64,000 nt of DNA. Origin: Callorhinchus milii. Lineage: Eukaryota. The stretch spans positions 14,324,001-14,388,000 of the forward strand of contig NW_024704743.1 of NCBI RefSeq assembly GCF_018977255.1, given 5' to 3'. Below the pieces are notes generated by a model. It did no database searches and was not told where the DNA came from. It was given only the letters and a program-made list of their open reading frames with translations. A program made the position numbers and the translations under genes. Below, piece after piece: positions 26,401 through 38,539 of this stretch. Each line of letters begins with the position of its first letter. Position 1 is the stretch's first letter.

Positions 26401-27564
26401 CATGATTTCTTTAACGTCCATCTGAATGGTCAGACTGTCAGTTCAGTTTAACGTATTGCACATTGGCCAATGCAGCATTCTATTGCAGTGTCAACCTAGA
26501 CTATGAGCTCAAAGTCCCAACGTGCAGCTTCAACACACAACTATCTGACCCAGAGGCAAAAGTGCTACCAATCAAGCCAGACTGACACATGCAAGCCCAA
26601 GTTTCACCTTTTGTTTTAAATTTTGAACTGAAGAATAGAAACTTAAAGGAGGAGGCGAGGTAATGGACCTTTATGATAAATGAGTGGTTGGATAATGCTT
26701 TGTAGAATGGAAACCTTTTGTACGTGTGAAGAGGTCTCCTTACTAAATTCCCTGGAGATGGTTTGTAGTAAATCTCATCACATTGAAGAAAGCCATCTAT
26801 GGCTTTCTTCACTGTTTAACTTTTTATTATAACTGTGGGTTGTATTCAGACTTTTATTTTCCGAACAAACACATTTTGTTTCGAACAATAACCTTAAAAT
26901 AAGTACAATTTGTTCCAGAGATATCATTGCTGTACAACATGTTACACTGCAGTTCTCCAACAGGCTTCTACAGCAGAATGATTCAGAGCATGTGATACTG
27001 TCACTTCCATACTGTCCTCGCCTGAGACTGATTCCAAGTAAAGTGATTCAGTGCATATGAGCAACCAAGTTCATGTACAGAACTCCGCTATCCTGCCTCA
27101 AATGCTGGTTAAATGGTTAATGTCATCGAAGAGCTGGCATTGCATCTACCTCTCAAATAATCTTAATAGATTTAAAGGCAGTCCATTGGAATCTTTACTC
27201 TTATGTTTTGTAAAAAAGGCATACTGTTGTTCCATGACAAATATGCTTACCAACTGCAATCTGAAACTACCTCCCAGAAGATTCTCCAATAGTCTTACTT
27301 GAAATCAAATCAATACCAGTTTGGTTAACTCTTAACTGCAGTAATACTGCACTTTCAGCATTAATTTCATTGCAGAAATCGATTGAATCAATCAAAAATC
27401 TAGTATCTACAACTGAAACATTGAACAACTGCATCCATTATTTCATTGAGCATTTTTACATTTGATATATTTTGCCAACTCCTTTTTCACCTTTAACTGG
27501 AGAGACTTATTTCACAGAGCTCCAAGTACACTGTGAAATAAGGTGGATGCACATTCCACTTTAC

Positions 27565-28320
27565 TAAGTCAATCCGAACCTTGGCAACTTGTTTTACCCT
27601 TAATTATCCTTTCTACCACACATCCGTGCCATGACCCGCTCTGCCTTCCCCCATCTCTGCAACATCGCCTCGCTCCGCCACTGTCTCACACCGCAGGCCG
27701 CCGAAACCCTCATACACACATTCATTACATTGAGGCTTGACTATGCAAACTCATTGCTTGTCGGCCTCCCCAACTCCTCCCTCCACAGGCTGCAGATCAT
27801 CCAGAACTCTGCAGCCCGTGTCCTCTTCCGCACCAGGCTCCGTGACCCTATCACCCCTATCCTCCCCTGACTCTATTGGTTTCCCATCACACCGAGGATA
27901 CCGTTCAAGATCCTGGTCCTCACCTTCAAATCCCCCCATGGTCTTGTTCCCCCCCTATCTCTGTGACCTCCTAACCCCCTACCATCCTGCCCGCTCCCTC
28001 CGCTCAGTGGGCTCCAGCCTGCTTCACGTCCCCCACCTCGCCTGCCCCACCATTGGTAGGCGGGCCTTCTGCCACTATGCCCCCATCCTCTGAAACTCCA
28101 TCCCGCAGTCCCTCCGCCTCATTCCCTCCATGGTCTCCTTCAAGACCCATCTCAAGACCCTTCTCTTCGATCGTGCTTTCAAACTCCCTGCTTCCCTCCC
28201 TGCCCTCCACCCTCCTCAATCCCGAACTCCAGCTCGGGTCCGAAACCCTGAGTGTCCAGTGTCTTGAGACATCCTCCTGCTGTGAAAGGCACTATACAAT
28301 TATAATTTTGTTGTTGTTAT
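27565..28320 (+). mobile_element. L2 LINE 3' fragment
   Basis: AAETLIHTFITLRLDYANSLL, LQIIQNSAARVL; (TTG)n tail. Confidence 0.92.
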
Positions 28321-29439
28321 TATACACACTGTTATAATAATGATGCTTTGGGTCCATAAACTTAAACCCTGTGCTAAAATGGAGCAGGCCATAGAAAGGC
28401 AGTCAGGTTATTAAACCCAGCTAGCCTGACACATGGGAAGGGCAGACCAGTTACTGGGAGCAGTGATTCTTCCCCCACTCAGCTCCTGTTAAGCTCCCTA
28501 CAAGCCAAAGTCCTAATGGGTAGGATGATCCTAGCTGGACAACCAGTGGGAAAGATTGCCTTACAGTGGCAAGCTATGTGGTTTTAGTTGCTTAAACTCC
28601 AGCAGAATCCCAACAAAAAATTCTACGGTCCCCAAGCCTTGGCTGTTGCCAACCTACGCCCAATACTTTCCAGAGTTAGGTAAGTAGGATGTATCGCTCA
28701 TGAGAGAGTGCACATTCCATTCTAATAAATATCTCAGGACTTTTTGAAGCTGATTATAGTTGGACAAGGAGTGGGAAGCTTCCCAGGCACTGCTCTTAAT
28801 GGCAAGCTGTGTGTTTTTTGTGGTAAACTGTAGTACCTCAATGGAGCAGTACCCCAATAATACACTGGGGTCCCTGAGCCACGGTTTTTGCTAATCTGCA
28901 CCTGTTCAGAATTAGGCAAGAAGGATACATCCGTCCAGGGAAAGTGCATTTCATTCCAGAAATTTTCATGTTAAATGGAATTCTCAGTCTGCATCTGGAT
29001 ACTCTTAAGCAGGTGATCGGATTTCCCCATATGTTAGACATAGGTGTCTGTATATAATGGATATATAATATATAGCATATCATAGCTGTACTTTTGTGTG
29101 ATTTGGAAGCTCTCTGGGTCCCTGGCTACCCTGTGTGAGGGGTGCTATATAAATGGAAGTTGTTGTTGTGATTTGTATCTTTGTTGTAATGGGGTGTAAG
29201 TAAATATTTTAATATACAATCTACTGGTTTTGCCCATTATCCACTAAATTAGCATTGCAGGTGAGAAACACTGCTGACAGGATAAACTAAGAGACACAGA
29301 AATAAACAGATATTGTAAACAAATATTGCTCCAATGAGCCAAGGTTTCTACATTGCAGTTTGTATTTGAAAACATGGGTGCCACAGGTTTGGACATGGTT
29401 ACATGTGAAGGAGAAGGTGGAGTAGGAGCCTGAGTGCAT

Positions 29440-29848
29440 TGGGTCAGCCAGGCTCAGTTACTAGCACTCTCACCTTTGAGACAGAAGGTTGTGGGTTCAA
29501 ACCGCACATCGGGATTTTTGAAGTCTTACAGTCTAAATTGACACTTCAATGCAGTACTGGAGTATGTTGCATTGTTGAAGGTGCTGACAAGATGGTAAAG
29601 CGAGGTGCCGTCTGCCTGTTCAGCTGACATTAAAGATCCCATGGCACTATTCTAAAAAGGGAGTTCCTCCAGGTGTCCTAGCCAACAATCACCCAGATAA
29701 AAATTGGTCATTTACTTCACTCCTGCTGCGTGCAAATTGTCGGCCACGTTCACCTACAAAAATAAGTCACTATATTTTACAGTATATCCTATTAAGCACT
29801 TGGGAGATTTCTCGACAATATGATGAGGCACTGTATCAAACGCATGAA
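29440..29848 (+). mobile_element. SINE family B
   Basis: Collinear with 5660-6080. Confidence 0.8.
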
Positions 29849-32800
29849 TCATGTATTATATTCCTTGTTCCAGATTCTGGCCTTTGGGCAGAAGATATAT
29901 TCAGATAGAACAAGCAACCTGAAGGTGTGAAGGAACACCACTCGAGAAAGCTGAGCAAGGCAGAGAGTCATTAAGATCTGCCATCCTGCAAAAATTGGCA
30001 GCTTGGATAAAGGCATTGCTGAAGGATACAAGTCAGGAGTAAGGGAAAATAGATGTTTCTCAGATTGGTTGCATGAGTTATTTGTGTTGGAACCTCTGCT
30101 AAGTTTGTTGCTGATATTTAAAAAATCACCTTGGCACCTCTTTTTACGTTACTCAACTTCTCTCTTGATTTTGGGGGTGGATTCTGACTCTCAGATATTG
30201 GCCACAGCTAGGGGGGAGTCAACTCCTGCCAAACTTACGGACTGAGGTAAGGCAAATATACCTCTGTGCCAGTATATTAATTCCTCCAGTATTACTGGCT
30301 AATCAGAAAAAAACAGGCTCCCCAATCTTAGACCTCAGAGATAATGTTGGCAGAGTTTTGCAGTCCACAACTGAATTAATGGTCATAGGAATATTTGTAC
30401 CATTCACTTACTTATACAGTGCGGTCTAAAGTGTGGTTTTGGCTTATAGCCATGGATAACCATGTTCAAACACACATTAATGTCCATAGCTATACTACTA
30501 AATATAGACACCCTCCTAATGTGAAAGTTGTTATATAAATGTAAATTGCATTGTACTAACCACTTTGAAGGACGACAGAATCATCTTTCAATTAGTGATA
30601 AATTACATAGTTAAGGGGTCCTATGCATGTTTGAATATGTTTAACTCATGAGCTATTAACTCAGGGTGTGAGAAGCATGCTTATTTTAAGTGTCCTGACT
30701 AGTGGCATTAACTTGGCATTAACTTTCATGCACACACGATCGTAAAATGATGATCTGAGTAACATCACCCCCCAGGTTACTAAACAAGAGAAGCTCAGAA
30801 TGTTTGCATTTGAATAATAATTGACCTTTTCCATAAACAGAGCTTCTTGCGAAATGATACTGCATGAATTACTTAATGGAAATTTCTTGTTTGCTTCAGG
30901 ACTGCGAGAACGGGAACAGTTGCATAAGGAACAGATTTGTTAAACTTATCTGACTCTCCACATGTGATTTTGTTTGTTCAGACAAATGGTGATGTATTGA
31001 CCTAATTGGTACAAATTTGGTGCAACAAAGATAATTTTGTTTACTGCACAAAGAAAACCTTAACAAAAATACATAAACTTTAGAAAAAATCTAACTATAC
31101 ATTTCTCAACACAAATCTAACAATTACCTTAGACCATAAAAATTATAAGCAATACTATATCTAGCTCAGAAATGAACAGACTTGAGATGAACGAGGCATG
31201 AATAGAATTTTCAGATGTCGAAGGAGTGAGAGAGGGACTCCAGGGGCAATGCTACAAGCAAGTGATGTTGGTCAAAGACCAGATTTGAAACAAAAGTGAA
31301 GGTTGAGGATGGGACAAAACACACAGATTATACAAGTATACAGGGCTCAGTTAGCTCAATGGGAGCAGCTAGGGAGAATAAGTGAGTCAGAGCCAGAAGG
31401 GAGAAGGCACTAGCAAAGGGCAAATCAGATGCTTCAGTTTTGTTATCGTTCAGTTGAAGGAGGTGAAGACGCATTCCAGGATGACAGGTGGGTAGTTAAT
31501 CAATCACAACAACAACAGTCTGAGAATGGAGGGTGGTAAAGCTGAGTGTCACTGGCATACATGTGGAAAGTGACTCAATATCTGGGGATGAAGCTACCAA
31601 GGAGAATCACATAGATAAGAAATAGGAGAGGAACAGTGTGTTTGTGTATCATGAACATGCAGCTTTCTGTTGCCCATTTCATGCATGCTTATAATTATAA
31701 TTGAGATTTTTCTGATGTGGAAATTAATTCATATTGTTATATTTTTAATCTGGTATGTTTTGATCGACTGCTAAAATAAAAAAAGTGTGCCACACAGATT
31801 AGGCGGAAACCTAATGTGTGCAATTTGTACTTTAAACATGGTAAAATGTGTAAAGTAACATGTGTAAAGAGAAAAATGTCTGCTTAGTTATAAATAACTG
31901 AGCTGTAAGGAATTAATACAGCAAACAGAAAATAGTTTAGGATTACATTTTCTATCCGCTCACAAGTTATTACATAGTGATGAATGTTCCAGCAATCAAG
32001 AATATGTTTAAAATCATGAACTGATCAATGGATGTTTTCATAAATGGCTTATGGTCAAATAATGGTATTCAATTCTGAATTGTTGGCACTTCCTGTGAGA
32101 TGTAACCATTCAGCACAGTGAGGGTTTTGGAGACATGATGATTCTGTGAAGTATGTAGACGCCTGAAGCTGAAGTCTACACTTGTCCACATCTTCATAAA
32201 TAATAGTTACATCTAAATGAAAGCTTTTCTGTTGCAAACAATTATACATCACCACTGCCTCTTTATGAACTAAGAAGTAATAATAACATAAATAAGTCTA
32301 CTATAAATCTGGATATTTAAAGCCATAATAACTCATATTAATTTGAATACTCTTAAAGAGGGATTGACTTCTGGCAAAGTGATAAATAATATAAAAATAA
32401 TCCTTGCCTTTGATACAGCACCTTATCACGTCTTCAAGACGTCTCAAAGCTCTTCACACAATATACTGTAAAGTGAATTGACTATATTTTGTGGGAGTCT
32501 GTATATTTTGTGACAGGAATGAAATATTATGATTTGTGAACAAATGTACCATGTGCAAAACGGACAATACTGACACACCTACAAACTCACCCATTAAAAC
32601 AAACGTTCAGGTTTCATTCCAAACAGGCATTTATATATATATTTTTTTTTAAAAAAATAAAAGTTAATTCTGGGGCATAGATAGCAACAGCTGCAAATAT
32701 AAACTTACCCCAATGATCAAAAGAATGAGCATGAACTGAATTTTTGAAGCAAGATATTCCTGGGTTTTTTTTCAGGAACTTGTTCAGAACTTTAAACCAC

Positions 32801-33381
32801 AACAACAATGTATATTACAATACATATATAACTGATTAATCAGAACCCTTATTCTTAAACATGATTTGTTTCTGAGCATTATATTTACATCTTCATTGTG
32901 GGACTGAATGGTCACATGCAATAACACACAGACAGACACATACACACACATATAATTGGGTACTGCTATCACTAAATCGAATAAAACACTGAAATGTTCC
33001 AATGCGAATGGGATCTGAATTTGTTTAGAAACCTCTCCTCCTCTCCCCACCCCCAGTCCTGATGCAGATCGTGTTACCAACAATTGCTGATGAGCCAAAC
33101 ATTTTCATGCTCGAGTTTCTGAACAAATTAATTTGCAAAAGCTACAACTGTTCACACATCTAAACTGCAGCGTGAAAGATGAAAAAAAAAAGCGACGTTT
33201 CTTCAGACGGGGGTTCAGCGCAGGTCCTGTCGACGTTTCTGATCGTTTCCACTCCTGTGAGACGCAACAACCGATGGATTCATTCATCGTTAGAACAACA
33301 CCAAACCGTCACACATCTTATATATTGGTTACTACTGCATTTGAGATAGATAGCAAAACCCTACACCCGTCTCCCCATCCC

Positions 33382-34169
33382 GTGTCTGTGTGTGTCTGTG
33401 AGTGTCTGTGTGTGTGAGTGTCTGTCTGTGAGTGTGTCTGTGTGTGTGTGAGTGTGTGTGTGTGTGTGTGTGAGTGTGTGTGTGTGAGTGTCTGTGTGGT
33501 GTGTGAGTGTGTGTGTGTGAGTGTCTGTGTGTGTGTGTGTGTCTGTGTGGGTGTCTCTGTGTGTGAGTGTCTGTCTGTGAGTGTGTCTGTGTGTGTGTGT
33601 GTGTGAGTGTGTGTCTGTGTTTGAGTATCTGTGTCTGTGTGTGTGTGAGTGTCTGTGTGTGTGTGTGTCTGTGTGTGTGTGTGAGTGTGTGTGTGTCAGT
33701 GTGTGTGTGAAAGTGTGTGTCTGTGTGTGTGTCTGCGTGTGTGTGAAAGTGTGTGTGTGTCTGTGTGTGTGTGTCTGTGTGAGTGTCTGTGTGTGTGTGA
33801 GTGTGTCTGTGTGTGTGAGTGTCTGTGTGGGTGTCTGTGTGTGTGAGTGTGTCTGTGTGTGTGAGAGAGTGAGTCTGTGTGTGTGAGTGTGTCTGTGTGT
33901 GAGTGAGTGTGTCTGTGTGTGAGTGTGTGTGTGTGTGTGTGTGTCTGTGTGTGAGTGTGTGTGTGTGTCTGTGTGTGAGTGAGTGTGTGTGTGTGTCTGT
34001 GAGTGAGTGTGTGAGTGTGTGTGTGTGTGAGTGAATGTGAGTGTGTGAGTGTGTGAGTGAATGTGAGTGTGTGAGTGTGTGTGTGTGTGAGTGAATGTGA
34101 GTGAGTGAGTGAGTGAGTGTGAGTGTGAGTGAGTGAGTGTGTGAGTGAGTGAGTGAGTGAGTGTGAGTG
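33382..34169. repeat. Compound (GT)n/(GAGT)n microsatellite, ~790 bp, start of intron 1
   Basis: Directly visible gtgt/gtct/gagt runs. Confidence 0.97.
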
Positions 34170-34524
34170 CCTCTCACCAGGCAGTGAAGAGCTTGAAATG
34201 AACACTTTTCCCCCCAAAAGCAGCGGTGGAGACCAATCCGTGCGATTGGCAGAGCCACCGGCGACCAGGCGGCGGGAGTCTGCTCCACAGACCGCGCTGT
34301 GTGAGGGACGTCGGGTCAGACAGACCTCGATATCATCTCTTTCCAGTTGTGTTCGCCAAATACCCATTTGCTTTTTACCTTGGATTCCCGCTGACTGAGT
34401 GTGGAAGCGGGAGATTTGGGCTCCTCGGCGCTGATGTCTTGGTTTTCTTTCTCCATCTGTGTTTCTGCTGTGGGGTTGGCAACGATCATCTCAACAGGCG
34501 ATCCTCTCACTGCGGCTTCTGAAG

Positions 34525-34526
<2 letters not shown>
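34170..34526. promoter_or_regulatory. Small CpG-rich island around STAC exon 1
   Basis: Dense CpG and high GC relative to the AT-rich, CpG-poor flanks; coincides with the first coding exon. Confidence 0.6.
34379..34489 (-). CDS. STAC: STAC coding exon 1 (MIVANPTAETQMEKENQDISAEEPKSPASTLSQRESK)
   Basis: ATG at 34489 (gttgagATG), 111 nt/37 codons, ends AAG|GTAAAA donor in phase 0. The SPAST..ESK end resembles the recalled vertebrate STAC N-terminus and joins exon 2 in frame. Confidence 0.9.
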
Positions 34527-34556
<30 letters not shown>

Positions 34557-34952
34557 CTCTTCTCTCTCTCTCTATCTCTCCTCTTCTCTCTATCTCTCCT
34601 CTCTCTCTCTATCTCTCCTCTTCTCTCTCTCTCTCCTCTCTCTCTCTATCTCTCCTCTTCTCTCTCTCTCTCTCTCCTCTTCTCTCTCTCTCTATCTCTC
34701 TCTCTCTCCTCTTCTCTCCTCTCTCTCTCTCCTCTCTCTATCTCTCCTCTCTCTCTCTCTCCTCTCCTCTCTCCTCTCTCTCTCTATCTCTCCTCTCTCT
34801 ATCTCTACTCTCTCTCTCTATCTCTCTCTCCTCTCCTCTCCTCTCCTCTCTATCTCTCCTCTCTCTATCTCTCCTCTCTCTCTCTCTATCTCTCCTCTTC
34901 TCTCTCTCCTCTTCTCTCCTCTCTCTATCTCTCCTCTCTCTCTCTCTCTCTC
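34527..34952. repeat. Degenerate (CT)n polypyrimidine tract, ~425 bp
   Basis: Directly visible; almost purely C/T with recurrent tctatc/tcctct units. Confidence 0.97.
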
Positions 34953-34990
34953 CAGGGTTTTATTCTCAATGGCTTCACGTCATGAAGTAT

Positions 34991-35960
34991 GTGGGGGAGG
35001 AGGGGGGGGTAAGAGATGGAGAGGAAGGGTGTTTGAGAAACTGCTGGGGGGAGGGGGGGAGAGAGAGAGAGAGGGGGGGGAGGAGGGAAGAGGGGGAGGG
35101 GGGAAGAGAAAGGAGGGGGGAGAGGAGATGCAGAGAGGAGGGGAGAGATGGAGAGGGAGGGAGGGAGGAAGAGGGAGACTGGAGGAGAAGGGGAGATGGA
35201 GAGGAAGGGTGTTTGAGAAACTGCTGGGGGGAGGGGAGGGGAGGGGAGGGGGAGATGGTGTTAGGGGGAAACTACAGGGGATCAGAGAAGCTGCTGCGAA
35301 GTGAAAGGATGTTTGGGAGAAGAGGCTGGAGAGGGAGAAGAGGGTACTGGGGGAGAGAAATAGCAAGAGAGGGTGTTGAGGAGCTGGTGGAGGGAGGGAG
35401 AGGGTGTTGAGGAGCTGGTGGAGGGAGAGAGGGAGGGAGAGGGTGTTGAGGAGCTGGTGGAGGGAGGGAGAGGGTGTTGAGGAGCTGGTGGAGGGAGAGA
35501 GGGAGGGAGAGGGTGTTGAGGAGCTGGTGGAGGGAGAGAGGGAGGGAGAGGGTGGAGGAGAGAGGGAGGGAGAGGGTGTTGAGGAGCTGGTGGAGGGAGG
35601 GAGAGGGTGGAGGAGAGGGAGGGAGAGGGTATTGAGCTGGTGGAGGGAGAGGGTGTTGAGGAGCTGGTGGAGGGAGAGAGGGAGGGAGAGGGTGGAGGAG
35701 AGAGGGAGGGAGAGGGTATTGAGGAGCTGGTGGAGGGAGGGAGAGGGTGGAGGAGGGAGGAGAGGGTGAGGGGGAGGGAGAGGGTGTTGAGGAGCTGGTG
35801 GAGGGAGGGAGAGGGGAGGAGAGAGGGAGGGCGAGGGTATTGAGGAGCTGGTGGAGGGAGAGGGTGTTGAGGAGCTGGTGAGGGAGGGAGAGGGTGGAGG
35901 AGAGAGGGAGGGAGAGGGTGTTGAGGAGCTGGTGGAGGGAGGGAGAGGGTGTTGGGAGGT
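34991..35960. repeat. Purine/G-rich low-complexity region with a minisatellite (core GAGGGTGTTGAGGAGCTGGTGGAGGGA)
   Basis: The core repeats more than 10 times from ~35368 to ~35950 with variable (GGA/GA) spacers. Confidence 0.95.
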
Positions 35961-36952
35961 GCTGGCAGCACTCTGGCTGAGGGAGCTGGGAGGGGTGGAC
36001 TGTCCTGTAGCCTCTGCCTCACACTCTCTGCTGCTGCCCCTGTGCTCCGGCACAAACACACTGGTCTTGCTCACTCCCTTCACATTTACAGCCGACTATT
36101 CAATCTCTGCACTTTTCGTGCCTGTGTTCCCCCCCCACTCTCTCTCTCTGTCGTCATATATTCCCAATCGAAATTGATCTGATAGTGGGTCAATGAGTGG
36201 CCTCCAGGGATTGTGTCTGAACGAGTCTGTCTACTGAATGTGAGGGGGGGGGGGTGACAGCCTCACACCTAAAGTTAGTACAACACCAACAACAACTTGT
36301 ATTTATATAGCACCTTTCACGTGGGGTAGCGTCTCGGAGCGCTCGGGAACAGTCTGCAACGGGGGTGACCAGTAACAACGTGAAGGGATGCAGAGGCACG
36401 TCTGCCCGTCGCAAATCTTTTCTGTGCTCAGTCGGTGATAAACACTGAAGCTCACTGCCTCAACTGGTCCTGCACCTGTAGCTGCTTATTATGTAACCTG
36501 GCTCCTCACCAAGGAAAGTCGTGGATAAGTTGTGTGCGTTTATTTCCCCACCCCGGACATCCTTGTTTTGATGCCTTCGGGCCACAATCTTTTCAAACCT
36601 ACTAGTTAACCAACCCGTATGATCATTTCAGTCTATTCCTCACTAATTCCCTGTCCTGGCCAACAATTCCCCCAAATAAAATTGGTCATCCACCCCACAG
36701 CTGTTGCAGCTGCCAGGTTCTCCTGCATTGCGCACACCGTCACGTGACTTCACAGTATATCCTGTGAAGCACTTTGAATGATCTGTGCAGGCGCTATATC
36801 AAGTGCAAGGATTATTATTATTCCCTTTTAATCCTGGCGAACAATCCTCCCAGATAAAATGGGTCATTCGCTTCATAGCTGCACGTGGGATATTGCTGTG
36901 TGCAAATTGGCTGCCACCTTTACCTACAAAATACAGTCACTACATTTTACTG

Positions 36953-37360
36953 TTAGTCTGGCTCAGTAGTAGCACTCTTCTCTGACTCAGAAAGTTGTAG
37001 ATTCAAGCCCCACGTCAGGGATTGAACTCACATAGTTTTAAGTGGACGGTGCTGGAAATTTGTTGCACTGTTGGAGGTGCCGTCCTTCAGATGAGATGTT
37101 AAACCGAGATCCTGTCTACCTGTTAAAATGGATGTTAAAGATTGCATTCAAAAAGTGAAGGGAGTTTATCTTGGTGCCTTGGCCAACAGTCCTCCAATTA
37201 AAATTGTTCATTAATTTCATGGCTGTTTGTGGGCCATTGCTGTGTGCAAATTGGCTGCTGTTTCGCCCACAAACACACCCAAATTCACAGTATATCCTGT
37301 GAAGTGCTTTGGGACATCCGACATGAAAGGCACTATACCAAATGGAAGGATTATTATTAT
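36953..37360 (+). mobile_element. SINE family B, preceded by two tandem 3' half copies (~36640-36950)
   Basis: Collinear with 5660-6080. Confidence 0.82.
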
Positions 37361-38539
37361 AGTAAATCATGTGCTTTGAGTCATCTTGACAATGCAATAA
37401 GGAGCGACAGTGTACTGCGTATAATTGCAAGGATCAGACAGATGACAGCAATTATACGGAGTATGCAATTACCCAAATTTCTACTGACATTAGTTCATAA
37501 CTATATTTATAACAAATTAACAGTATATATTTATTACTTCAGGATTAAATAAAACATTACACAGTATATCAACAGTATATATTTATTGCTTCAAGACAAC
37601 TAGTGACCTAAAATAAGCATAAAATAAGCATAAAATAAAACTCTTCTTAGAAGTTGCCATAACTTGAAGTCAAATTGTTTGTGGTCACAAGCGCAACTAT
37701 CGAAACTAATACAGGTCTGAATGAAATCAGCTAACTATCATTCATGAAATTAAGTGAATTATGCAATTATCTGATATGCATTTGAGAGGAGTGCAATACT
37801 ACACAAACCAACAACGAATTCTGGTACCTGAAAATTGGTTTGTTATTAAATGGAGTATGCAATTATTCAATATGCAATTAAGTGGAGTGCACTGTGTATC
37901 AAATGCAAGGATTATGGTTATAATGTGAGAAATGGTTTTATTAAAGATTTCAATTCATATAANTTTTTTTCAAAAGAAGTGTGCAGCTATTACATGATTT
38001 GTTCATGAATTGATTTTGCCTATAAATAAGAACTAATAAGAGAGGTAGCAATTTTAAAGAAATGAATACTTTTGAATAATTTAGACAAAGTATTTACAAA
38101 TGCAAAATTCAGGTTCTTTGGAGGGTGTAGTTCAAATGTAAAGACTGTAGCAAGAAACCCAAATGGGTACTTCCTGAACCATGCTTCTTAGCATAAGTAA
38201 AACTGTTTTGTGAGGTTCTAGATAGGCTCAAGGGGCTGGAAACCAACACAGCTCCAGGCTACTTCATAGAGACAATACAAATTTGTGTAGCACTGATGAA
38301 CGTTACCAGAGGGTCAATCACCATTGGTGAGGTTGCAGGTGACTGATAGCAAGCATACCTATAGATGCCAGGTATGATTATGTGCCCTTTCATATATTCA
38401 AGAAAGGGCCATCATACCTGGCATCTACAGATTACTTTGCCTGACCTCAAAATGATGGAGTCAATAATTGGAAAGAAAATTGAACTTTACTCATATAAAA
38501 ATAGTCTAATAAATGGCACGTAGCACCGATTCAGAAGGA

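Noticed and set aside
35368..35950. Regularly recurring repeat as a CRISPR-like array
   Set aside because: The spacers are low-complexity GA variants rather than unique sequences, the context is eukaryotic and there are no cas genes: a minisatellite.
33332..36177. Long ORFs (318, 223, 281, 367, 259 aa etc.) rich in HT, SL, EG or PS
   Set aside because: These are translations of stop-poor microsatellite and minisatellite DNA.
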